A stretch of 34,815 bases of DNA, taken from assembly GCA_016212685.1 (NCBI GenBank), contig JACREW010000002.1, forward strand, positions 1-34,815. Reading direction: 5' to 3'. How positions within the stretch are numbered: position 1 is the first letter of the stretch; every line of letters begins with the position of its first letter. The notes under the pieces were generated by a model. It worked only from the letters and a program-made list of their open reading frames with translations, did not search any database and was not told where the DNA came from. Below, piece by piece: positions 9,938-17,340 of the stretch. The DNA comes from Nitrospirota bacterium. GTDB lineage: Bacteria > Nitrospirota > Thermodesulfovibrionia > Thermodesulfovibrionales > Dissulfurispiraceae. The position numbers and the translations under genes were made by a program.

Positions 9938-11249
9938 TGTTGACTGCTGTTATCGCCTCAAGCCTTGCTATGGCTTTTTCTCTTTCGGCGAATTGAACCC
10001 AATAGAAGGTCTCAAAGTCGATAAGTGATTTAAGCCTCGATATAACGGTGATCGCCTCGACCTTGCCGGTTGCATATCCCGAAATTGCCGATTCGAAGTC
10101 CTGATAGGTCTTGGGAATCAAGCCGGTTTTATATAAGTCCATCAGGCTTTCGGAAGTCTTCAACATGGAATAATTGTCCCTGACTGCTGAAGAAAGCATA
10201 AGTTTTAGTCCCTCAAGCTCATGCCGCGCCTCGGATAAAGCCGCCTTTGCCTCATTCACGGCCTGCCTCTGTTTTGTCCCGTAGAAAATAGGTATATTGA
10301 CGGTGGTCGTAAGGCTCCACATATCCTGCATGTTCCTTCTGTCAAAAAGGCTCGCGGCAACGGTAAAATCCGGATAATATTCTTTCTCGGCCATATTCAC
10401 TTTTACCTCTGCCGAGGAGACCATTTTTTCTCTGAGTTTTACTTCGGGCGAATTATTATGCGCCGTTAATATCAACTCGTCCATATTTCGAGCAAGCATT
10501 GTGGCGGGCATCTCCGCAGGCCTGCCGAGGGGAGATTTAACGTTCCTGCCTACTGTGGTGTTAAGCATTGCTTCGATGGATTGTATCTTCTGTTTCAGCA
10601 TTTCTTCTTTTTCAAGAAGCATATATTTTTCGGTCTGTGCCATTATTACCTCCTGCTGGGAGGCCATGCCTGAAGAGTATCTTGCTATAGCTGCGTCCTC
10701 GATCCGTGAGAAGAGCAGGGTTCTGTCTTTTATAAGGTCGATGTTTTTATACATAAGAAAAAGGTCGTAATACAGCTCTTTTATTCTCGCTATGGTTCTA
10801 AGTTGTACCGCTTCGGACGATGCCTTTATGCCCTCGGCATCTCTTTCAGCCATTTCGCCTTTCAGAGGGAGTTTGCCCGGAAAAGGGAACATCTGCGAGG
10901 CCGAGAACATCCACTGCGCGTCCGGAGAATACCCATAGTTATATCTTCCCAGACCTTCATTCTGGTAACCGAACATGAACATAGGGTCCGGAAGGCTCTT
11001 TACCTGTGGTATCTTGAACTTCGATACGGATATTTTCGATTCGGCTACAAGGATTTCGTGGTTGTTCTTCAACGCCTCGTCGATCAAAGATTGCAGGTTC
11101 AGTTCCTCGGCGAAAGCAGGTGAAGCTGACAGTTGACAGCCAACAGCTATTAGCAATGTAAAGACGCGGAGAACCGGTGAATGGGTGAATCGGTGAACAA
11201 ATAAAAATCCTTTTCTCCGTTTCTCCATGTCTCCGTTTCTCCGTATCAT
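9912..11249 (-). CDS. cusC: Outer-membrane efflux protein (TolC/CusC family)
   Basis: It has two OEP repeats (LNLQSLIDEALKNNHEIL... and LILTAHNNSPEV...) and a signal-like segment LLIAVGCQLSASPAFA. The first ~30 codons overlap octamer arrays, so the real start may be ATG 11228 or later. Confidence 0.82.
   Translation of the reverse strand: MIRRNGDMEKRRKGFLFVHRFTHSPVLRVFTLLIAVGCQLSASPAFAEELNLQSLIDEALKNNHEILVAESKISVSKFKIPQVKSLPDPMFMFGYQNEGLGRYNYGYSPDAQWMFSASQMFPFPGKLPLKGEMAERDAEGIKASSEAVQLRTIARIKELYYDLFLMYKNIDLIKDRTLLFSRIEDAAIARYSSGMASQQEVIMAQTEKYMLLEKEEMLKQKIQSIEAMLNTTVGRNVKSPLGRPAEMPATMLARNMDELILTAHNNSPEVKLREKMVSSAEVKVNMAEKEYYPDFTVAASLFDRRNMQDMWSLTTTVNIPIFYGTKQRQAVNEAKAALSEARHELEGLKLMLSSAVRDNYSMLKTSESLMDLYKTGLIPKTYQDFESAISGYATGKVEAITVISRLKSLIDFETFYWVQFAEREKAIARLEAITAVNSHGSTSSP
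11175..11243. repeat. Two tandem octamer arrays, (nnggtgaa) x3 and (tttctccg-like) x4
   Basis: ccggtgaa tgggtgaa tcggtgaa at 11175-11198. tttctccg tttctcca tgtctccg tttctccg at 11212-11243. Confidence 0.8.
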
Positions 11250-11252
11250 ATG

Positions 11253-11642
11253 CTATCGTGCGTCAACATTGAATTTTACCGAGGTCGTCTTTCCGCCGCG
11301 GGTTATTTTTACTGCAACATTCCATGCGCCCGACATGGAGAGGTTCATCTTAGTCTTATACTCGTTGCCTTTCAATTCTGCGTCGGCCTTGTAATTCATT
11401 GCAGGCATTCCCGGCATTGCAGGCATAGAATATTCGACCTTTACCTTCGCATCGGTGATATATTTTCCCGACGCGTCCTTAACTTCGACGGTTATATTGT
11501 TGTCTCCGACAACAGGCGGGTTTTTGTCTATTTTAGCAGTTACATCATACTCCCCTGCCTTTTTCTTTACCTCGTAATCTTTTGCGTACGCGATTCCTGC
11601 AATGAAAAGCAGTATCAAAGTGAATACGGCCAACTTTCTCAT
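11253..11642 (-). CDS. Secreted YtkA/FixH-like beta-sandwich protein with Met-rich loop
   Basis: Signal peptide MRKLAVFTLILLFIAGIAYA and the motif MPAMPGMPAM. Its size and pattern resemble the small FixH/YtkA-like proteins found in copper loci. The family assignment is from memory. Confidence 0.55.
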   Translation of the reverse strand: MRKLAVFTLILLFIAGIAYAKDYEVKKKAGEYDVTAKIDKNPPVVGDNNITVEVKDASGKYITDAKVKVEYSMPAMPGMPAMNYKADAELKGNEYKTKMNLSMSGAWNVAVKITRGGKTTSVKFNVDAR

Positions 11643-11669
11643 AACGCTGCCTCCTGTAATGTTAATTTA

Positions 11670-11939
11670 TTAGTGTTTGTGGCGCATGCGGTGATCTTTA
11701 TGTTTTCCCGTCATGTCTTCCATTGGTTTGTCTGACATTTTCTCCTTCATATCCTGTTTGTCCGACATATCTTTCTCTTTTGCATTATCGCTCTGTTTAT
11801 CGTGCTTGTTTCCATCAGACTTGTCGTCTCCCATTTTGCCGCCCATCATTTCGCCCATCATAGCATCTGAAAGGACGGGATAACTCACCAGAAATCCGAC
11901 CGCCAGAATGCTTAAAAATATACCGGATATCCTTTTCAC
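11670..11939 (-). CDS. Small secreted Met/His/Asp/Lys-rich protein (candidate periplasmic metal binder)
   Basis: GTG start 8 nt after an AGGAGG RBS. A signal peptide is followed by the low-complexity MMGEMMGGKMG...KHKDHRMRHKH. Confidence 0.6.
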   Translation of the reverse strand: MKRISGIFLSILAVGFLVSYPVLSDAMMGEMMGGKMGDDKSDGNKHDKQSDNAKEKDMSDKQDMKEKMSDKPMEDMTGKHKDHRMRHKH

Positions 11940-11951
11940 TTTTCAATCCTC

Positions 11952-12350
11952 CTATCGTTTAAACTCTTTTTCTACAGTCTCCTTTATCTTTTTTACAGGA
12001 TAACCTTTTTTGTAAAGTTCGGAAGCCCGCAGGGCCTCCCGTAGACAAATATCTCACATTGCGGCGTGATTGTCAACATAGCAACTGAGGAGACTCTTAT
12101 GTTTAAACGCCGGAGACTCTTTGCACATGCAGTAGCAATAGATACTGTCCAGGACCCAGGGAATTTCCTTTGCAATCTGGTATGCCTTTTTTATTTGCGC
12201 ATCGGGAAACAGGTTCGGGTCGAGGGTAGTCCTTGTTTCTCCCTTTCTCAGGGATTCGTCTTTTGCCTGCTTTTGCGCGAACGCGTCATTTGCCGCTGCA
12301 AAGAGGATCGTTACGGCAATCAGCAATAATGTTATCCGAAACTTTTTCAT
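11952..12350 (-). CDS. Candidate selenoprotein: secreted CYCxC / UxxC Cys-motif protein (PCYCGC-domain-like), UGA at 12054-12056 read as Sec
   Basis: It has a signal peptide and the sequence IYCYCMCKESPAFKHKSLLSCYVDNHAAM-[TGA]-DICLREALRASELYKKGYPVKKIKETVEKEFKR. Read-through stays open for 33 codons and ends at a TAG embedded in the next gene's RBS (TAGGAGG). A SECIS-like hairpin follows the UGA. Confidence 0.6.
12020..12041 (-). promoter_or_regulatory. SECIS-like hairpin 13 nt downstream of the in-frame UGA
   Basis: On the mRNA strand: CGGGAG(G)CC-CUGC-GG(G)CUUCCG. The lower stem has 6 bp, followed by a mismatch or bulge, 2-3 more bp, and a G-containing apical loop about 22 nt from the UGA. 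Confidence 0.5.
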
Positions 12351-12399
12351 AAACTCACCTCCTCTCGTCTTATTTGTTTTAGGGAGATTAACAAAAGAT

Positions 12400-12416
12400 T
12401 ATGAATGAAGTATGAA
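12400..12416 (-). promoter_or_regulatory. TATGAA-N5-TATGAA direct repeat upstream of the Cys-motif/Sec gene
   Basis: The plus strand reads TATGAAtgaagTATGAA, about 50 nt upstream of the ATG at 12350. This copy could also be read as a heptamer array, (tgaagta) x2. Confidence 0.3.
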
Positions 12417-12441
12417 GTATTCGGCGACATAGTGTGTTCCA

Positions 12442-13287
12442 TTAATAGGACGGTTTGGTGTCCCGAATGGAACCGCCGTCTTCCTTTGGCTCCTCAAGCA
12501 CGTTTATAAGGAGATCTATTTTCCTGATAATCCCGTTATGCTTGAATTCCCCGAAAACGGCATGTTTGCCGTGTTTCATAAAGACTATGCTTACCGCTAC
12601 CTCAGGGCCTCCGAGATTCTGTTTGGGGGCCGCATAGATGAATTCCTCCATATCCTCATCCCATGCGGCAACCTGCATATCGAAACCGTCGATCTTCTCA
12701 AGTCCTTTAAGTGGAATGCCTTTATACATTATTCCATAAACTATTGTCACTACATGTTCTGAATATATTCTTTTGGGAATAAGCTTTACCTTCACGCTGT
12801 AATCTTCATCACCGGCCTTTGTTTCCGGTTCTGAAGTTTTTTTGTCACCTTTGATTTTTATATCCCTGCTGATGTTTATCCAGCCATCCTGCGTTTTAAA
12901 TACCGCTTCAAACCTGTATTTCCCCGCTTGCGGGACATTGAAACCGAATGTATATTTCCCGTTGCCGGATATTACCGGCCTCAGATGTCTGTATATATGC
13001 AGGTCTTCATCGGCGATGAATACGTGAAGGTCGTCTATCTTTGCCGTCCCCTTTGAGCGAATGTCCATGCTGAAAGTAGTTTCTGTTCCGGCTGCGGTAT
13101 CATCGTATTGAAGATTAAGCTCATAATCTTTGGGGTTCCTTAGAACCTTCCATATATACGGCTTTTCATTATGAGTATCGGGTATTATAAGCACCTCCTT
13201 TTCGAGGTCGAGTTGTGCATGGGACGGCGCAGCCGCCAACAGCAAAGACAAAAGCAGTAATGACAAAAGTTTTGTTTTCATATCCAC
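12442..13287 (-). CDS. Secreted two-domain beta-sandwich protein of unknown function
   Basis: Signal peptide LLSLLLLSLLLAAAPSHA. Two similar halves are present: LHVFIADEDLHIYRHLRP...GKYRFEAVF and MQVAAWDEDMEEFIYAAP...HAVFGEF. Its start lies 2 nt downstream of the upstream gene's stop. Confidence 0.6.
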   Translation of the reverse strand: MDMKTKLLSLLLLSLLLAAAPSHAQLDLEKEVLIIPDTHNEKPYIWKVLRNPKDYELNLQYDDTAAGTETTFSMDIRSKGTAKIDDLHVFIADEDLHIYRHLRPVISGNGKYTFGFNVPQAGKYRFEAVFKTQDGWINISRDIKIKGDKKTSEPETKAGDEDYSVKVKLIPKRIYSEHVVTIVYGIMYKGIPLKGLEKIDGFDMQVAAWDEDMEEFIYAAPKQNLGGPEVAVSIVFMKHGKHAVFGEFKHNGIIRKIDLLINVLEEPKEDGGSIRDTKPSY

Positions 13288-13288
13288 C

Positions 13289-15343
13289 TCAATGACCGTG
13301 CCTCGGCGACATGGGCTGGCCGAGGATATATGTGTTTAGCATCATGAAGAAAACGGCAAGGGCTGCCATCGGAATAAATGCCCTCATCGCCTTATCTCCG
13401 TAATATTTTACCGCTATCCTATACCCCGAATAGAGGGAGAAGACATTGAGCATCATAAAAATGGCCATCTGCAGCCATAATATGGATTCAGAGCCCATAA
13501 GAGGTATTATATCCCAATCGGGCTCGCCCATGTTCAGACCCAAATGCAGCGCTGCCGCCCTCTGAATCGCCGGTATTATGCCGGGACCTTCTTTGAACAG
13601 ATGGGAGACATTATGGGCGAGATGCATAGAGAGCCCTACAGGGATGAACATATAGGCGAATCTTATAATGGTTTCCTTTAATGACAGGGGTGATCCCGGC
13701 CCGGTAGCTTTACGCACCGCAAACGCTGCAAAGGCAAGCAAAGACAGAGGTATAACGAGCGAGCCGACTGTCATAACTATCAGAAAGGTTAGCTTCTCTG
13801 CACCGGCATGGGACGCAATACCGAACCATTTGTAAGGGATAGCCTTCCCTATAACATCCATCCACTTATGCCACGGCTCCACCATCTCGCCTGTTACGAC
13901 TATCGTAAGCCCTACGAGCACCATTGCGAGATATGCCTCGTCCATATACCCTTTTGCAGAAACCCACAGATCTTTTGCAAAGCTCCTGACCCTGACAACG
14001 ATATTGTCCTGCGAGCATGATTTTATGCACTCGCTGCAGAAATTACAATAATTATTTCTGTCGAGAGTAACCGGGGTCACGAACATGGGGCATGGAAGGC
14101 CATTACCCGCTCCCTTAACGCATTCTTTTGCTTCGTGTCCTCTGCATACTTCGAGGCACTTATTCCTGAGTTCTACAGGGCTGAACATGGAATAGAGACC
14201 GATAATGCCTCCTATGGGACATACGTATCTGCAAAATGACCTGCCCTTAAATGTAACGGCCATTCCCACAGCGGCAATAAAAAAGCCGATAAGCAGGTAG
14301 GAGGTGAGGGCGGGTTTATTCACTATCCCGCTGTAACTGTCCCACCATGTGAGACCGAAGAATATGAAGCTCGACAGCCAGATGTTCCTTACGGGCTTTG
14401 GAAAGTTTTTGTTCAGGCTGAACAATCTGCCGAGCCGGTCCTGCGCCGCGCCGAAGGGGCACATCATGCACCAGACCCTTCCGGCAAATACAAATGTGAA
14501 TATTATGGCAGCCCACCATATGGTCCACATCGACAGCGTCGCGATGTTCCTGTCGCCCTGCTGCACGTCCAAAAGACCGGCCGCAATTATAATGAGGAAT
14601 AACACGAATGCGGGTATCTGAAACACCGGCTGGAACCACGAGGATTTGAAAAATTTCTTAATCCATGGAATATCGAGCAAGTTGAGCTTCTGTCCCGTCT
14701 GCAATGTCAGTGATTTCCTCTGTGACAGTATCCATATGCCTAAAAGGCCGCTTGAAAAGATAACAATTGCCGTGAACCACATCCGGTACAGCGGGATCTT
14801 CGACGCCTCACGGTATGGCATGGCGCCGCCGTAAATAATGGGTTCGGCAAACCTTTTTCCTCCGAGGGATTTCACTGCAATTATGAATTTGTAATCGCCT
14901 TTTTTAATTATAGGATATGATGTTGAATACATGCCGGCCATCTGACCTGCCTTAAATCTCGTGAAATACGAGAGGTCGTAAGAAGGCCGCTCATCAGGGG
15001 CGCTGCCAAAGTCGAGGCCGTCTTCGCCTGGAATGCTGTTTTTTACTGCCGGAGCCGCTGTGTGCCCTGCATGGGCGGCAGATGTAGAGGCATCCTGCAA
15101 GTATAGATATATCTCTGCATCCAAAACTGGGTTTCCTGACATGGAATCGGTCAGCGCCACCGATATTTCCGGCGTCTTTCCCTTTATAAATGTCGCAGGC
15201 TCGATCTTTAACTTTACCTCAGCCGTGTCAATGCGGAATTCATAGGAGGACCGGACGTTCCCGTGTCCTTCGCCGCCTAATGCATAGGTTGCAGTAAAGA
15301 GCATCGTCAAAAGTACAACAATATGCGAGATAAGCTTCTTCAT
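13289..15343 (-). CDS. Membrane polyferredoxin (NapH/NosR/CcoG-like 4Fe-4S protein) with N-terminal periplasmic YtkA-like domain
   Basis: A signal peptide and a ~170-aa soluble domain come first, followed by multiple TM segments. Motifs include CX3CP (CMMCPFG, CRYVCPIGG), the ferredoxin-type CNFCSECIKSC, and extra Cys residues (CLEVCRGHEAKEC). Confidence 0.75.
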   Translation of the reverse strand: MKKLISHIVVLLTMLFTATYALGGEGHGNVRSSYEFRIDTAEVKLKIEPATFIKGKTPEISVALTDSMSGNPVLDAEIYLYLQDASTSAAHAGHTAAPAVKNSIPGEDGLDFGSAPDERPSYDLSYFTRFKAGQMAGMYSTSYPIIKKGDYKFIIAVKSLGGKRFAEPIIYGGAMPYREASKIPLYRMWFTAIVIFSSGLLGIWILSQRKSLTLQTGQKLNLLDIPWIKKFFKSSWFQPVFQIPAFVLFLIIIAAGLLDVQQGDRNIATLSMWTIWWAAIIFTFVFAGRVWCMMCPFGAAQDRLGRLFSLNKNFPKPVRNIWLSSFIFFGLTWWDSYSGIVNKPALTSYLLIGFFIAAVGMAVTFKGRSFCRYVCPIGGIIGLYSMFSPVELRNKCLEVCRGHEAKECVKGAGNGLPCPMFVTPVTLDRNNYCNFCSECIKSCSQDNIVVRVRSFAKDLWVSAKGYMDEAYLAMVLVGLTIVVTGEMVEPWHKWMDVIGKAIPYKWFGIASHAGAEKLTFLIVMTVGSLVIPLSLLAFAAFAVRKATGPGSPLSLKETIIRFAYMFIPVGLSMHLAHNVSHLFKEGPGIIPAIQRAAALHLGLNMGEPDWDIIPLMGSESILWLQMAIFMMLNVFSLYSGYRIAVKYYGDKAMRAFIPMAALAVFFMMLNTYILGQPMSPRHGH

Positions 15344-15924
15344 TTCTTTCTAAACATCTCGTTGATGATGAGAAGTCCTCTCCTTGCGCCTGATGCGATT
15401 GCCTGCGCGGACTTCTCTCTGCCTGCCGGAGCGCTTATATCAGCGCCGACCTTAAAGAGGTCCGACGACTTTTTGTTTTCGAACTGTTTTAGGAACTGCG
15501 GCTGCAGGAGCTTTTCAGACTCTTTGTTCTCGAAGATGTATATCTTCATAATCTCTCCCTTGCCGCCCACAACAACTCCCATCTCTATTTTTCCGCCTTC
15601 GCCGTGCGCATCGATAAACATCATTGCAGCGGCCTTGCGCGGAGGGGCTTCAGGGCTGCTCCTAACCACCGCTAGATATATCGAAGGCTTCAGGTCTTCC
15701 TCAGGCAATCTGCTTCCTAAAGCCCTTTCGATGGCTGTTCGCTGTTCGTCGGAGACATAGAGATTTTTTTGTTCAAAGGACTCGGCCCGAGGAAACAGCT
15801 CTTTAAGTTTTTCGCCCGGCCATACAAGATCGTGGGCAAAAGAAACCGGGACAAAAAAGAGCAAAAGGATAATTGCCGATAGATTTAAGAATCTGTTTCT
15901 TATGTTATTAGATGCCATAACCAT
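15340..15924 (-). CDS. Periplasmic FMN_bind-like domain protein (NosR N-terminal-domain-like, degenerate flavinylation motif)
   Basis: N-terminal anchor, then ...MFIDAHGEGGKIEMGVVVGGKGEIMKIYIFENKESE...QPQFLKQFENK...VGADISAPAG. The canonical SGAT(I/V)S Thr motif is absent. It overlaps the polyferredoxin gene by 4 nt. Confidence 0.4.
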   Translation of the reverse strand: MVMASNNIRNRFLNLSAIILLLFFVPVSFAHDLVWPGEKLKELFPRAESFEQKNLYVSDEQRTAIERALGSRLPEEDLKPSIYLAVVRSSPEAPPRKAAAMMFIDAHGEGGKIEMGVVVGGKGEIMKIYIFENKESEKLLQPQFLKQFENKKSSDLFKVGADISAPAGREKSAQAIASGARRGLLIINEMFRKK

Positions 15925-15926
15925 CG

Positions 15927-16202
15927 CTATTTTAAGATGCCTTCTTTGGATGCGTTGGGCATAGTGTTTTTGAGTGTATTATTGTCTTGCTGCGTATGCT
16001 CTGCGGCATCGCTTTTCGGCGTCTGATGACTATTGGTTTTTCCATCGCCGACTGCGCTTTCCTGACGATTATCTATTACACCCTGTCCGCCCGTCATTTC
16101 GCTCTCCGGCTCTCCGGAGTCTCCATGACAGTTTATTATGGCATAACTATAGCCTGCCGTTAATATAATAATCAGTATACTTATAAATATTATTTTTTTC
16201 AT
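15927..16202 (-). CDS. Small secreted low-complexity protein
   Basis: It has a signal peptide (IFISILIIILTAGYSYA) and is tightly packed between the cytochrome c gene and the FMN_bind-like gene. No recognisable domain. Confidence 0.45.
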   Translation of the reverse strand: MKKIIFISILIIILTAGYSYAIINCHGDSGEPESEMTGGQGVIDNRQESAVGDGKTNSHQTPKSDAAEHTQQDNNTLKNTMPNASKEGILK

Positions 16203-16206
16203 CGAC

Positions 16207-16623
16207 TTATCTCCTGTCTCCTTCAGTTTTTTTGAGGCTTTTGATATAATTCACAAGATGCCATCTCATTTCCTTTGTCAATTCTTTTTTGAATCCTTTC
16301 ATAGGCGCGGGTCCTTTTGTCCCGTCCGTTATAACATGAAATATCTCGCCGTCGGTGTTCCCATGGATCAACAGTCCATCAGTGAGATCGGTTTTTTCAT
16401 TGCCTTTGCTCGATTCTCCATGGCATGAAACGCAGCGCTTTTCAAAAAGCCCTTTACCCTTGACTATGGAGTCTTCGGTCATGGGAACGGGATTTTTGAC
16501 CTTAGCGTATTCTTTGTGTTTGTGCGGATGCGGTTTGTGGACATGCTCCGTTGTCTGAGCGGATATTTCTACGGGTGCAAAATACGATACAGCCAATGCA
16601 GTTAAAACGATTATTTTTTTCAT
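16207..16623 (-). CDS. Monohaem c-type cytochrome (class I)
   Basis: Signal peptide, haem motif CVSCHG, and the distal Met region GPAPMKGF. A GGAG RBS precedes the start. Confidence 0.85.
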   Translation of the reverse strand: MKKIIVLTALAVSYFAPVEISAQTTEHVHKPHPHKHKEYAKVKNPVPMTEDSIVKGKGLFEKRCVSCHGESSKGNEKTDLTDGLLIHGNTDGEIFHVITDGTKGPAPMKGFKKELTKEMRWHLVNYIKSLKKTEGDRR

Positions 16624-16664
16624 AGCTTCTCCTTTATATTTATGGAACTAATGTAACAGGAGAA

Positions 16665-16692
16665 TTTGAATATATTATGAATGCCTTATGAA
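16665..16692 (-). promoter_or_regulatory. Triple 11-bp-phased direct repeat TTTGAA-N5-TATGAA-N5-TATGAA upstream of the cytochrome c gene
   Basis: The plus strand reads TTTGAAtatatTATGAAtgcctTATGAA, 42-69 nt upstream of the ATG at 16623. The phasing is typical of OmpR/PhoB-type regulator sites. Confidence 0.4.
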
Positions 16693-16704
16693 AAAACTGT
16701 GAAA

Positions 16705-16742
16705 ACAAAAAAAGAGGCAGCCTTGGGGGGAAAGGCTGCCTC
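16705..16742 (-). terminator. Rho-independent terminator after the small Cys-motif gene
   Basis: On the minus strand the stem is gaggcagcc / ggctgcctc with an 11-nt loop, followed by TTTTTTTG. Confidence 0.75.
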
Positions 16743-16771
16743 ATATGAGGGGGGGATAAAGCCTTTATTAA

Positions 16772-17092
16772 TTAATATATCGACCTGATCCTTCCTGTCC
16801 TGCAGTCGAGCAGGATTCTATCAATTATTTTTTTGTTTTTGATAACCTCCGCCTCTATAAATCTCCCGTCTTGCTTTATAATAACTACCTGCAGGCCTTT
16901 TTTTGCATAGTGCGATTTCAGGACATTGACTGCTTCCTCATGAGTAGGCTGCTCTTTGCAGTATCCGTACGCCCCGCACATAGGGCAGCGCTCTCCATAT
17001 GGCGTAGGGGTTTCGGATGGATGATTCTCCGGGTAAACATTCGCAGGCAAGGTTACAAGCAGAGCCGATATAAAAAAGATGTATAGCTTCAT
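16772..17092 (-). CDS. Small secreted protein with CxxCx5C motif and PepSY-like C-terminal half
   Basis: ATG at 17092 (MKLYIFFISALLVTLPANVY...) gives a signal peptide. It contains ERCPMCGAYGYC. The listed longer ORF (to 17287) runs into repeat DNA and is rejected as the start. Confidence 0.6.
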   Translation of the reverse strand: MKLYIFFISALLVTLPANVYPENHPSETPTPYGERCPMCGAYGYCKEQPTHEEAVNVLKSHYAKKGLQVVIIKQDGRFIEAEVIKNKKIIDRILLDCRTGRIRSIY

Positions 17093-17113
17093 GCAATCAT
17101 GATACAAACAGAC

Positions 17114-17130
17114 TTTGAATAAATTATGAA
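17114..17130 (-). promoter_or_regulatory. TTTGAA-N5-TATGAA direct repeat upstream of the small Cys-motif gene
   Basis: The plus strand reads TTTGAAtaaatTATGAA, 22-38 nt upstream of the ATG at 17092. Confidence 0.3.
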
Positions 17131-17192
17131 TTACTAAGAAATACATTTGTAATGCCACATTATTTGTCATTCCCGCGAAGGCGGGAATCCAG

Positions 17193-17331
17193 CCCTTCGA
17201 CAAGCGTTCGACTGAGGCTTCGACAGGTTCAGCCTGACATTGCTCACGCCGAAGGCTCAAGGTGTCATGGTGAGCCTGTCGAACCATGGATTCAGGGTCA
17301 AGCCCGGAATGACGGTTATGAGGCTTTGTTA
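17193..17331. repeat. Left copy of a ~140-bp inverted repeat (composite of dispersed palindromic units)
   Basis: Its reverse complement matches 21486-21625 with 2 substitutions and 1 single-base indel. It ends 10 bp from the stop of the C-N hydrolase gene. It is preceded by the unit gtcattcccgcgaaggcgggaatcc (17166-17190). Confidence 0.9.
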
Positions 17332-17340
17332 ACTTATGTC

